Positions 1 to 12,264 of a stretch of DNA of 64,000 nt are shown piece by piece (the first letter of the stretch is position 1; every line of letters starts with the position of its first letter). This DNA comes from Lingula anatina. Taxonomy: Eukaryota > Animalia > Brachiopoda. The notes below the pieces were generated by a model. That model had not been told where the DNA came from, ran no database searches, and saw nothing but the letters and a program-made list of their open reading frames with translations. The stretch lies in the NCBI GenBank assembly GCA_051362555.1, contig CM120647.1:16282651-16346650 (forward strand). The letters run 5' to 3'. A program made the position numbers and the translations under genes.

Positions 1-238
1 ATGTTTGGGTAATGAGGAAGAAAGAGTACATTTTTGCAACCCCCTCTTGCCTCTTTTTCATATTCAGAATCATTCAACTGCTCGCTTTTCATGAAAATCT
101 TTGAAAAATAATGATGTTGAAATAAAATTTTGATGTCTCAACTGGCCTCAACATTATTTGTAAAGTAATGCCTTGAAATCAAATTTTAATTAAGATATTT
201 GTAAATTAAAGATATTGAAATAAAACCCTCTGTTTCAG

Positions 239-381
239 CTGGCCGTTATGTGCTGATGGTGTCCCTGTACAACAGACTGGGGGGTATTGTGATGAGGTGG
301 TCCAACTTGAAGGGTCAGCAGTGGGGTGGGGCCACGCTGCCCACACACCACGACGGGAACTTCTACAATGCCGAGTTAAAG
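239..381 (+). CDS. OFCC1: OFCC1-like exon (GRYVLMVSLYNRLGG...FYNAELK)
   Basis: tttcag acceptor, AAG|gtaccg donor, open frame. Confidence 0.85.
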
Positions 382-3300
382 GTACCGTAATTACCCAACA
401 TGAATTATTCAGTTATTTCAAACATCTTCAGATCTATAACAATAGGTTAAAGGCAGTTTTAAGTATAAGATCCAACAGGCTCAAATAATTTCTGTAATTC
501 CGTAGTATATGGCCCTGGGATGAAAGGTCAAAAAGTCATTCATCTGGTTTATTTATTTTTATAATGATCACATTTTCATCAACCTTTACAATGCTTAGTT
601 AAAGGTAATTAATATTACTATAAATAGAAGAATGAGATAAATTATTATTATTATTATTTAAGAACTTTTACATCTCAACAGCTAGCTATTCATTTATTTA
701 TTTAATTTGTTAGTGAGATAGTTATATTATCATTTGTTCAAACTTTATTTTTGTTCCAGCTGGAGCAGAGTGTGTTCACGGTCCTCCCCGCCAAGCCCTC
801 AGTACGCCCAGGCATGGTGCTGGTGTTCGAGCTTTTCCTCCTCCGTGGCGCTGTCGTACCCACTGACCGCGTGGTTGGATGGGGAGCCTTTCCCATCTGT
901 GACGGAAATTTTGACATCATTGAGGGAAAGTATGTGCAGTATTTGATATGTCCTTGTTCCATATTTACTTTGACAAAAATATTTTAAAACGTATATTGAT
1001 AAAAGCTGTGTTTTAAAAAAATAGATACACAATACTTACACAAATGAAAAACAAAAATATTGAAAACAGGAAAAAAATTGGCAGTTCTGCCAGGTTTGAG
1101 TTTCCACACATTATTCACTTCCTGATACAAAACTACATTAACAACATTACAGCAAAGTAAAATGGTTAAAGTTCAATTCATATTTTTATTACAGTTCTAT
1201 GTACAATTCACATTTCCAGATACAAGTGCCCCCTGTTGAGAGGCGAGATGGACACCCTGATAGATAAACACGAGAAGATTGAGGAACTGATGGCGTCTGA
1301 CGTGGACCACTGGCTTAGTAACCTCTACTTTGAGGTGGTCAAGTTACCAAGGTGAAATGTCTTTATGCTTCTTCCATCCTACATTACTCTCCTCCAGATA
1401 TTAACAACGTTTGGGCAAGCTGAAACAATAAAAGTTGAATTCATATTTGTATTTCAGCTCAACAAGTTATCAAATTACAAAGATGAAATATCTTTGTCCA
1501 CATTTTTAAGCTGCTATTTAAATCAGAGCATTTCAATTGAAGAATAATTATATATAAGCAAATTCTCATGTGTCGACAGTGAATAAGCTATTTTGTAAAT
1601 GTTGCATAATACGCTTGCTAAGTAAAATGTACTTCGAGGTGATTAATTTTTTATGTACAGACACAGATGTGTCTGTACATATTGCCATCACCTGCGTCTG
1701 TCGTCGCCGTCGCCGTCGCCGTCGCCGATGCCGATGCCGGCGCCGTGCACTTTCCTTGTAAACACGATAAGTGGAGGGCAGTTTTACTTTTTGGCTTAAT
1801 ATTTACAGAGCTGATGAATATTCATAAAATGCAGGTCAAGTTCGAAAACCAGCATGATCGGGCCATTATTGTAGAAGTTATGCTGTTTTTTCACTTTTCA
1901 GCATATATGCAACCCTGTAAACACATTTTAAGGAAAACCGTTAGGCCTGTTGTCATGAAACTCACAGGAGTAATTAATCTTACTAAAACGCAGGTCAAGT
2001 TTGAAAATCGGCATGATCGGGCCACTATTTTAGTAGTTATGCTGTTTTTTTCATTTTTCAGCATATATACAACACTGTAAACACAATATAAGAAAAACAG
2101 ATAGGCCAATTGTCATTTAACTCACAGGAGTGGTCAATCTTACTAAAACACAGGTTGAGTTCGAAAATCAGCATAATCGGGCCATTATTTTAGAAGTTAT
2201 GCTGTTTTTTCAAATTTCCTCAGATTCAACTGTTAGGCATGTTAACAGTCTCATTAATGAACTAATAAGATACGTAAAAGTGTTTGTTTGACATTTCCTG
2301 CATCTTTACAACATTGTTAGTTGATTATGTAAAAATGATGGTAAACTTGTTATCGTGTATTATGTAATAAAGTTTCCAAAATGGAAATAAACTCATATCA
2401 TTGCAGTTTGTCAGATTCAATCATTCACTATGTTCAGAAACTCAGAATGGAGGAAATTGGACATTTAACACTGTTGTATTGATATTTTTCCCATCTCATC
2501 AATTTTCTTAGTTGATCATATAAAAATGGCAGTAAACTGTTAATTTTGTTTTATGTTAAAAAAAGTGTTAAAAATGGAAAAAAAACATTTCAGAACAGTG
2601 CTGTCTTGTTTACATTCTGGCATTTTCAAGTTGTGACTTGGAAGTTCCATGGGCCTGAAGACCTTTGCTAGTCACATTTTCTGAATATCCATGATACTAA
2701 TATTTTATTATTAAAAATTGATGGTCATTATGCTGTTAAACATTATGTAATATTGCATCAAAATTTAAAAAAAACTATTTTGGGCACTGCTCCCATGATG
2801 ACCATTTAAGAAAAACCATGTCACTTACTGTTCTCAAACAGTACAGTAAATATGTACAGATGTGTCTGTACATATTGCCATCACCTGCGTCTGTCGTCGC
2901 CGTCGCCGGTGCCGACACCGTGCACTTTCATTGTAAACATGATAAGTGGAAGGCAGTTTTACTTTTTGGCTGTATATTTACAGAGCTGATGAATATTCAT
3001 AAAACGCAGGTCAAGTTAAAAAATCAGCATGATCGGGCCATTATTGTAGAAGTTATGCTGTTTTTTCACTTTTCAGCATATATGCAACACTGTAAACACA
3101 TTTTAAGGAAAACCGATAGGCCTGTTGTCATGAAAATCACAGGAGTAATTGATCTTACTATAACACAGGTCAAGTTCGAAAATCGGCATGTTCCACGGGC
3201 TTGAAGACCCATGCTAGTCACATTTTCTGAAAATCCATGATACGTGTATTTTATTATTAAAAATTAACGGTCATTTTGCTGTTAACCATTATGTAATATT

Positions 3301-4263
3301 GCATCAGAATAGAAGAAAACACAATTTTGGGTGCTGCTGCCAAGATGACCATTATGGGAAAACCATGTTACTTATGATTGTCAAACTTTCAAAAAAGAAA
3401 TACAGGACTAAAATGCAGAGTAATTGATCTTACTAAAACGCAGGTCAAGTTCAAAAATCGGCATGATCGGGCCACTATTTTAGTAGTTATGCTTTTTTTT
3501 TTCACTTTTCAGCATATATGCAACACTGTAAACACAATATAAGAAAAACAGATAGGCCAATTGTCATTAAACTCACAGGAGTGGTCATTCCTGCTAAATC
3601 GCAGGTTGAGTTCAAAAATCAGCATAATCGGGCCATTATTTTAAAGAAATGCCGTTTTTATGTACAGACACAGATGTAATTTTACCTGTTGAGCATAATT
3701 AAAATTTGATGTTGAATTTGCAGTTTAACAAAATGTACTTTTGCATCAGAATTGACAGTAGCCTTTTTTGTTATTTCCTGCTTTTTGTCTGTACATTTGA
3801 CAGCTTTGCTGCCTTGTTTATTCATTCTACTAACTTAAATGCAATCATGACAACATATGTTGCTCATTCAATGCTTCTAATTTTTTGATTGATTGTTATA
3901 AAATATTTAGTCATAGATCTGGAAAATATATTTAAAATTGTAAAAAAAAAAGTACTTGTGTAATTGTGGAAATGGCATACTAAATTGGGAAATCTCTGTC
4001 TTCTAGATACATGGCAGGTCAAAAAGAATATGAAGTAGAACTTCAGTTCCTGTCAGGAATTCTCAGCCATCCAGACCGTGTGAATACTGGAGAAGAGGCT
4101 AAAGACGGAGAGGAACCTATCCCAGGATCCCACAGCAATATGGGGTCCACACTGACCAAGGAAGGGGCCCAGAGGTAATGATATTGATAATGACATAAGC
4201 TCAGAAATTACATTGTTTTTACATGTCAAATTTCCAAGCCTGCTTGTTAGTTGTCGGAGGACA

Positions 4264-4316
<53 letters not shown>

Positions 4317-7300
4317 GTGTGTGTGTGTGTACACAGTATTGATATACATCTGTTTCCTGTCCCAGTGAAGCCAAGTTGAGTCTCCACATGAGCAGTATCC
4401 TAGGTAAAAGCAACACCACTCTGGCAGATGACGGCCTCAAGTCTGAAGATGGGAAACCAGTAAGAAAATAAGATATTAACTCCACGGGTTTTAAAACACT
4501 AGAATTTCTATTATGGCTGCTGGTTCTGCCAAAGAGAAAAATAATCTTAGCAGAATAATTAGTTTTGATTGTTAAGTCCTTGCATTTATTAAGAAAAAGG
4601 TAACAAGATTTAAAATATGGCCGTACAAAAGTCAAGTTTACTGAAAAAGGTCACAATGAGACAAAAAAAAAGGGCCACTTCTCCTGCTTATCAAAATACC
4701 GCATCCTTTCTGTTGTGACTTTTGTGTTGAGGTGATAATAAAAAATAAATAATATTATTTAATTCTAAACGAACCATTCCTTTAATTCTTCAGGACAAGC
4801 TCCATGTTGATCTACGCCAGCGCCGCCCCATGACGACCATCGGATCACGTAACATTCACAAGGATAACAAGGTCAAGGTCGGGAATGAGAGTGACAGCGA
4901 TGACTATGATGATGAAGAGGCCTTTATGACCAAGAAAGACGAGGACTTCATGCCGGTGAAGGGAGAACCTGGGCTTTTCTATAAGGTAAATAAACTATAG
5001 TGGACACTCACATCAAGTTTAAGTTAGATCAGAAATAGTTGTTCTGTTGTAGCCAAATTCATCATTGATGTAGATCAAAATTTTGATTATCTAAAAGCTG
5101 TTTGGCTGAAATAGATTTACCATGGAGTGAGTTTAGATAATTATATATTTTTGAAGTGATATTTTTGTTTGAGAACACACAAGAACAGCTCAGTAAATGT
5201 CTAGACCAAGGAACTGCCATATTAATTAATTCTCAGCCAGTGGACCAAATTTTTTGCTTCCAAGCTGGCTAAACTCGATTTAAAAAACTAAAATCCCAAA
5301 TGTTTACATATAATTATTGACTTGTGAATAAGTTTATACACTAGTGTGTTCTTAATCTTGCCAAAAATGCCAGTAGACAAAAATATTGCCTCCATTCCAA
5401 ATGCTTATAAGTGAACTTAAAGTTATCAGTCAGTTTATGCACTGGTTTGTACCTGATTTATTTTCTTTATGAATACAGAGACACATGAACAACCCGGTAG
5501 ATGTGTACGCTAAGAAACTGTACACCATGCTCCCCAAGACACCCATTCTGAACCCTAAGAGACGCCAGAGAAAGCTGACCCACCTAGAACAGCTGGAACA
5601 ACATAGCTTTAGTGTCAAGTAAGTGAAAAAACTCATGCTGGCAGGTTTAGGTGTTTATTTATTAAAGGTGTTTTATTTGTGTTTTTGATGTTTTTAAAGT
5701 GAATGGCAATATGAGTTTTTAAAAGCTAATAGTTTGTCAGTAAAACTTTCTTAAACAAAAGTATTATTTTAATTTTTTTGCTATGTGCAGTGTGTTTGAA
5801 TATTAATTTTCACAAAAAGGAGATTATTTTTCTTATTATTATGAATTTGGTAAAAAAGCTTATTTTTAAGTGAATATTTCAAAACAAATGGTAAAAGGAG
5901 CAAAAATCTAAATTGGACAGAGAAAGTTTTAAAAATGGGAAGCATCATGTTTTAATTAAGGCTTCGTTCACATGGAATGTCTATTTTCTAAAAATCTATT
6001 TTCTATTCGCGCTATCTTATGATCACGGTCTGTGCCCCGAATATCCTGCCGCGTAATTACTGGCAGCGCGAGCCAGTTACTTATAGTAACTTATAGTAAC
6101 TGGCTCGCGCTGCCAGTAATTACGCCGCGGGATATTCGGGGCACAGACCGTGATCATAAGACATACCGCGAATAGAAAATAGAATTTAGAAAATAGACAT
6201 TGCATGTGAATGAAGCCTAATACCGTACCCAAAATTATCTTTAATTTTATTAATTTCTTTAAAAGGCCTCCATTCTCAGAGAAAGGGCATCTGCCAAGAC
6301 GCAGCTGGGAGAAAGTGAACTACGTGGGGCGCATGTTTCTCGCCGAATTAGGACTGTCACAGTGGAGAAGCAGAGAATTCTGGGGAATGGTGATGCTGTT
6401 TGTCTTCATCTTCTTCCTGCGTCTCTATCTCCATTACATCGGACAGTGGTTGTTCTTGAATGCAATCGAGATACCCATCAACAAGTTAGTAGGGGTTTAT
6501 TTTTCTCTGATTAATTTCCAAGAAGAGAAAAATTACAATGAGGTTTTCAAACATGGGAAAAGGAACCAAAGTTTTATAAATTAAATCTAGTTAACTAAAT
6601 TATGCCAAACTAAATAATAAATGAGAGAAATTATAACAAGTAATTGTAAGCAGACTAATAATTTCATGTTGTAAAGGATACAACATCCTCAAAATTAAAG
6701 TAGTCTTCTGATGACCTCATTGTATTGCCAAAATATTTTCAAAAATGGTGTGTAGATGATTATTATTATAAGGTACATGTTTTATAAGGTACATTAATTT
6801 ATTCTTAGGTTTGAGTTCCTCCCTTACACTGTCAACCTGAACTACCAAAGCACCCTTCTCCACACTCGGGAAGAAATAGCCATGGTCAGCTTGGGGCCGT
6901 TCTTGATCATTTTGACCTTCACCTTGCTAGTCATCATTGATTGGCTGATGCAGAAGATCTTTGGGATGTTCCCTGACCTCGGCAGCAAGTTTATTATCTG
7001 TTTTGGTATCCATGCTGTTCTGGATCCCATCACTATCATGATCATAGATCTGAGCTTGCAGGTAAGTGCTCTATGTAAATTCGATGATGAAATATAAAAT
7101 TAAATAAAGTGATATGTTATCTAATTTTATTGATATAAACAGATAAGGTTAGGTAAAGCAGTAGTAATTATATGCCTATCAATTGCTTGGTTTCCGTTTC
7201 AGAGGTACCTAAACTCTGGCGGTGACCAACCTATAGCAGACTGTGCCAAGCTGTACTGGCATTTCAACAGAGCTGAGGGGTCAGGACTAGCAGGCATCTT

Positions 7301-9292
7301 TATCACTCTGTTCCTGTACTTCTGTCTCTGCTTCATGGCCGCAGCTATACTGTATATGTTCTTCCTCAGGTGGGTGTCAAATTTGTTTTCTTTCAAGTTT
7401 ATGACGCATTTTGAGAAGGCAATGGGCAGACATGTTTTTCGCAAGTGCATGATTGTGAGGTGCACCTTTTATTCTTTTGTTGGTAACTTCTAAATGTTAC
7501 AATAACCAGTTTTCCAGTGACAAGTATTCCCTTTAACTTTTATATTGTATTATCATTTTGTTTACTACATCACTGAAGATATGTTTAATCCCTGTTTTTC
7601 CCCTGTTGGTAGTGTGATATCTTATTGTACATATTTTATATTTTTCTTTCAATTTTCACCCATTCTTGTTCCCAGACTCCACAACAATGGCCGTATGTTG
7701 GATGTGTACTGGCGTCTCCATGGAGACGAAGACATGTTCTTTGTACCACATGACCTGGAAATATCCAATCAGGAGCTCAGTTACATCACCAAGAAGGCTG
7801 AGCAGTGGCGAGGTGAAGAGGGAGAGAGACGCAAGACGGCAGTGTATGATTACATCTGGGAAGAAGAGAATGTGAGTGATATCTATATTGTTTTCAACAG
7901 AAGAATTAAATTTTTTCCTGAAGAGATTAAACACATTTTTCAACCTATGAGGAAGTAAGTAACTACATTTCATCATAGAGTTTTGATCATGTGTCGTACT
8001 TGATGATGTGAACTATGAAAGTAAGAATGTCATGCTATTGTAATTATCTTTAGATTTATTGCACTTTTTCCGTCACAATTTTGACCGAATCCTCAATTTA
8101 GTTTAATAAGAAATGAGGTTAGGTGGACTGTAATTGCTTTTCCATAAGTGTCATCACACACAGTATAATTATCCATTTTGTTTATCCTGATATTTTTTCT
8201 CCCACTAGGTGGAGGAGAGCATCTGGGACGATGTTCCTGACCTGAAGAAGAACAACAAACGTGAGATCACGACTCACGTCTCCATCCACACCCTCCATCT
8301 TGACGGCCTCCGCGAGCTCTTCCGCCATTTTCTACGTCTTCCAGATGGCGCTATTGTAGAGGTATATATGGACAATGTATCTAAATATTGGAGCACTACT
8401 CCCTTCAATACACATTTCATCAGATTTAACCATAGAACTGGCCTTAATTTCTGATGAAACATATCGTTAACAGTGGTAACTTTTATAATAATTATTTTTA
8501 TCAATTAAAATATAATGAAAGAGTTATCAAAGATTAAATGAAAGTAGTTTTATATACTTTAATTGTGAACAATGAATGAATATCAGTGAACACAGGAGTC
8601 ACATTTACTGATTTATACTTTATTTCATTGAAAAAAAAACATAATACAATTACCCATATATCTCCAGGTGTTTGGAGAGATGTCAGTGACAGGGATGGAC
8701 AAGGACGTGACGTCTGCTCTCAAGGAGGGTGCTGGGAAGGTGGAGAACTTGATGGGGTCGCAGGCCAGTTTCCACAAAGTAGGAAAATCATTTTCTGAAC
8801 TAGGAATTGCTGACAATCAAAAATAACATTTGGTTTGAAGCTGTTTTGAATGTTAATAAATCAAAAATTTAATGCTGCAGGGAAAATTGAAGTTTTATGG
8901 CATTGCAGTGTATCAAATTATTTTTTGGTTAATTTTAAAATTATTTAATTATGGAATGTGAATGTTGCAAATAGGATCATTTTGAAATTTGATATTTAAA
9001 TCTTAATTATAAAAATTGGTTTTGGTCAGGTGAATAAATTTCTTTCATTTTGTTGCAGATAAGGGGGCGTCAGACTGTCATGACTGCCAGTGGTTTCCAG
9101 AATGGCGATGCAGGTTTAGGGTCGCAGATCCTCAAGCCACCATCCCCATCTGTGGGGGCTGCAGGAGTGTTTTTCAAGGACCCAGGGTCAAGGCCAAGCA
9201 CAGCAGGGTCAGGCAAGTCAAGGTCATCTACTGGGTCAAAGCCAAGGTCAAGGACATCAACTCCAGAGCCAGAAGAAAAGAAGACAGCCTAA
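239..9292 (+). CDS. OFCC1: OFCC1-like (orofacial cleft 1 candidate) multi-pass membrane protein gene, 5'-truncated by window edge; join(239-381,760-929,1220-1351,4007-4174,4366-4459,4794-4985,5479-5618,6266-6484,6809-7061,7203-7369,7676-7871,8209-8361,8668-8778,9059-9292)
   Basis: 14 exons with AG/GT boundaries whose phases join into one open frame ending TAA at 9290-9292. Motifs VVGWGAFPICD and KYKCPLLRGEMD...DHWLSNLYFEVVKLP resemble OFCC1-family proteins as recalled from memory, not searched. Several hydrophobic TM segments are present. Confidence 0.75.
760..929 (+). CDS. OFCC1: OFCC1-like exon (LEQSVFTVLP...DIIEGK)
   Basis: ttccag acceptor, AA|gtatgt donor; within ORF 751-987. Confidence 0.9.
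1220..1351 (+). CDS. OFCC1: OFCC1-like exon (YKCPLLRGEMD...VVKLPR)
   Basis: ttccag acceptor, AG|gtgaaa donor, phase-compatible. Confidence 0.9.
1648..3818 (+). mobile_element. Helentron-associated non-autonomous element (HINE/DINE-1-like) in OFCC1 intron, with ~159-bp internal tandem repeats
   Basis: T-run then hairpin ATGTACAGACAC-agat-GTGTCTGTACAT (1653-1680); (CGTCGC)n microsatellite ~1700-1745; core units with CAGGTYRAGT at 1832, 1991, 2151; 3' subterminal IR TGTCTGTACAT (3786-3796), short hairpin CAGC-ttt-GCTG, then TTGTT. Confidence 0.8.
4007..4174 (+). CDS. OFCC1: OFCC1-like exon (YMAGQKEYEVELQF...)
   Basis: ttctag acceptor, AG|gtaatg donor. Confidence 0.85.
4268..4330. repeat. (CT)n/(GT)n compound microsatellite
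   Basis: direct reading. Confidence 0.95.
4366..4459 (+). CDS. OFCC1: OFCC1-like exon (EAKLSLHMSS...DGKP)
   Basis: cccag acceptor, CCA|gtaaga donor, phase-compatible. Confidence 0.75.
4794..4985 (+). CDS. OFCC1: OFCC1-like exon (DKLHVDLRQRR...GLFYK)
   Basis: ttcag acceptor, AAG|gtaaat donor. Confidence 0.85.
5479..5618 (+). CDS. OFCC1: OFCC1-like exon (RHMNNPVDVY...HSFSVK)
   Basis: tacag acceptor, AA|gtaagt donor. Confidence 0.85.
5960..6217. mobile_element. PIF/Harbinger (Tourist-like) fold-back MITE, 258 bp
   Basis: Near-perfect palindrome GGCTTCGTTCACATG...CATGTGAATGAAGCC flanked by TAA on both sides (5957-5959, 6218-6220). Confidence 0.85.
6266..6484 (+). CDS. OFCC1: OFCC1-like exon with TM segment (PPFSEKG...IPINK)
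   Basis: aaag acceptor, AA|gttagt donor; hydrophobic MVMLFVFIFFLRLYLHY. Confidence 0.85.
6809..7061 (+). CDS. OFCC1: OFCC1-like exon with TM segments (FEFLPYTVNL...DLSLQ)
   Basis: cttag acceptor, CAG|gtaagt donor. Confidence 0.9.
7203..7369 (+). CDS. OFCC1: OFCC1-like exon with TM segment (RYLNSGG...YMFFLR)
   Basis: tttcag acceptor, AG|gtgggt donor. Confidence 0.9.
7676..7871 (+). CDS. OFCC1: OFCC1-like exon (LHNNGRMLDVYWRL...EEEN)
   Basis: cccag acceptor, AAT|gtgagt donor. Confidence 0.9.
8209..8361 (+). CDS. OFCC1: OFCC1-like exon (VEESIW...PDGAIVE)
   Basis: ctag acceptor, GAG|gtatat donor. Confidence 0.9.
8668..8778 (+). CDS. OFCC1: OFCC1-like exon (VFGEMSVTG...SFHK)
   Basis: ctccag acceptor, AAA|gtagga donor. 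Confidence 0.85.
9059..9292 (+). CDS. OFCC1: OFCC1-like terminal coding exon (Ser/Arg/Pro-rich tail, ...EEKKTA*)
   Basis: ttgcag acceptor, in-frame TAA at 9290-9292 followed by AT-rich 3'UTR-like sequence. Confidence 0.85.
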   Translation: MRGRQTVMTASGFQNGDAGLGSQILKPPSPSVGAAGVFFKDPGSRPSTAGSGKSRSSTGSKPRSRTSTPEPEEKKTA

Positions 9293-12264
9293 ACGAGACA
9301 GTTGATTTTCCTTCAAACAATGAGGTTGTGAAATCATTCCAGACCTATGTTCTTTTTGACATTAAGACTTCATATTTTTCTGATTGAATGAATGGAACCT
9401 GCATTTGTAGTACTATTCATTTATCATATGACGTATTTAATTTTTCTTATAACTCCTTCGTGCTAGAAATTTGTCGTTCAACAAATATATATAATTATTG
9501 GTAATTTGAACAGCATTTTAAGGGAGACTTAATGACCATTGCCCATCAAGCATATTGTAGGGTGTAAAAAAATTGTTTTATAGCCCTTTTGTTGCCAATG
9601 CCCTTCTAAATGTGATATATCTCTACTACACCATAGGCCGTCCAGACATTCAAATATGTATCCTTTTCTTATTTTTTGTTATATGATAATGCAACTGACA
9701 TATTATATCTAACATTATCTATTTTTGATAATGTTAACACCGAACGTTTTATGGATGTTAACCACTTGATTTTCATGTTGTGTAATCTTCCGTCCATTGT
9801 TTTCTTATCATGGTTCTTTGTATGTTTTTGGGATGTTTCTACTTCTGTAGCATTTTCTTTGTAGTAGTGCAATTATTCAGATATCTCTCCAATTTTATTG
9901 TTGAAGTATATTAATTGTCACTTATTCAGTTAAAAATGTTAAAAGTCTTGTATTCTAAGTCAATACATGGATTTTATTTTGATTTTACTAATGCTTTTTA
10001 GTAGCAGATTTTTGTTTGTTATATATTTTGTAGATCATGATTTTATGAACTTTTTGATTTTCTGTGATTGGGTTTTAATTATACAATTAATTATACAAAA
10101 TGAGAACTAATTTTCACAAAGTGAAGAATTTTAGGTTTGATGAATTACATCATTCATTGAATAGAGCTAATTTTTTTATTATAAAAGGACTAGTAATTTG
10201 ATTGTGATTAACAGTCAAGTAATTATTAGAAAATTAGTTTTCAATTTTTAATACAATTTATTGTGATTTATGGTCCAGCAAAGTAAACAAATATTTCTTT
10301 TGAAAGGAAAAAAAACTTAGCAATGAAATCCACCACATTTATCAACATGTATGCTGCAGGTCAGCATATGATAAGATAATATTTTAAATATATATCCAGA
10401 TGCTTTAAATTATAATCTATTTTTAAGATGATACATATCCATATATACACACTTACCCCCTGTATGTAATCTCTCTGCGTGATCTATAATACAATCAATT
10501 AATGTATATCAGTAGATTTAACCATCCCAATGTACCCTGTATTTGAAAGATTACTTGAAACGGCAGAGACATGCTAATAGTGAAGGTTGGTTCTCACTAA
10601 CGTCTGAATCGCAGGGTATGTTTGTGGGACATTTATAGAGAGAACAGTGAACGATTGAAGGCATACGCACAGAAATTTAAGGCGTTTTTTTTTTTTTTTT
10701 TTTTTTCGAAAATCAGGTACACTTAGAACAAACTCTTGTTAAGACTCTGGGTTTATGAGGTAGAACACACCTGGGTCGAAGACCACGTTACAACTGAACT
10801 AATTCTAAGACCAAAAACCATGAGTGTGAAAGCGGTCCAGTATGTATTCTTTGTTTAATAGTCATCTAGATTTTCAAACACTGTGTTATGTTTCATGTAC
10901 CCTCAGTTTCAGGAATCTCTCCCTTATAATCAACATTCCTTTTCCGTTTCCAGGGGTATGTTGATGATAGAGGTTAGATTATTAGGTCTCTGTAACTTTG
11001 GGTGTCATTATATTATAGTCGGAGATGGAATACAGCTGAGCTATATAATATTTCTTTAATAAAATATATGTAGGCCTACTTTTGTGTTGTTTTTGATGAT
11101 CTTTAGATATTTTTTACGAAATTCAACACTGCTAAAAACGTTTTCAAAGAACTTGACTTTACGCCTACTGTTTGAGGTGATATTATTGATTCGCGAATGT
11201 CTTCTTGTATATATCATTTTGTCAACCCGAGTTGTAGAGATCCAGGGTACTGGTAACAGCAGAGGCATGATCTCAAAAATCAGGGTGCTCTTTGTGCTGG
11301 CGATGTTGCTCATTACATGAAATTCTCCACCGTAAACATAACACGCAAGATGTGAAGTATTCGATACCTGATTGATTTGGTGAGGTATCGTAGACATATC
11401 GAACGGAAAAAGTCTAAAACTAATTAACTTGTGGAAAAGTCAATTCGGTCATCCTTTCATCTGCAGGGCTATAAAGATCGATTGAAAACGGGTTCAATGT
11501 TCTTCAAAGGCCTTTGAGAAAGTTTGGGTTTGCATGCGTGCAATCGTCCCCTCCCCCCCCCCCCCCTCCCAAACCTCTACAACCAACCTTCTAACGCTGG
11601 GAATGTCCAAATATATCGAGAGGGTAGGGGCAAGGTGAGGTGTTAATGCCGCCTGCCTCTGCCAGGGGGGTAACTCGTTCTTAAGAATAAAAATAAAAAG
11701 CGTAATTTATTTTTATCATATTTTTCACTTGCCGTGGTCGAAATCTCGCGGCGGTTTTCAGAAAGACGCGCCGGGGGGTAGACAGAAGGCGATGGGTGGT
11801 ATCTGATAGAAGATTAATTATTGATATATTTAATAAAACATTGATGAGTAACACATATTTTTGTCTTCTAAATCACAGTTCAAGCAGGCTTGGGTTAGGC
11901 TGCTGTCAATGATCGATTTTGAAAATTGTAGTCACCACAGAAAAAAATCGGTATCTGAATCAAATTATCAGAACATGCACAGTCGTTATAATGCGTCAGT
12001 TTAAAAACAGGGCGTGTTCTTTTCATCGCCCCATTCGCAATCTTTTTTAAAAGATTTATTGAAATATACGTCTCAAGCAAACTCTTTGTTTTTACTCTCA
12101 GTTTCAGAGATAACTGGAAACTCATGTCATATGTAAGCGTATAACCATCCGCTGCAACCAGTAAGCCTCTGTAAGAAGCAAGAAGTCAATGGAAACGGCA
12201 AATACATGACGATATTAAGGATGAATTTCCAGTAATTTCTCATCTGCAAGGTGTATATTTGAAA

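Noticed and set aside
1667-3204. ORFs 1667-2080 and 2818-3204
   Set aside because: Translations of the HINE microsatellite and core repeats within an intron; no protein motif
11056-11397. 113-aa minus-strand ORF in the intergenic region
   Set aside because: No recognisable motif or splice context; possibly an unidentified TE fragment
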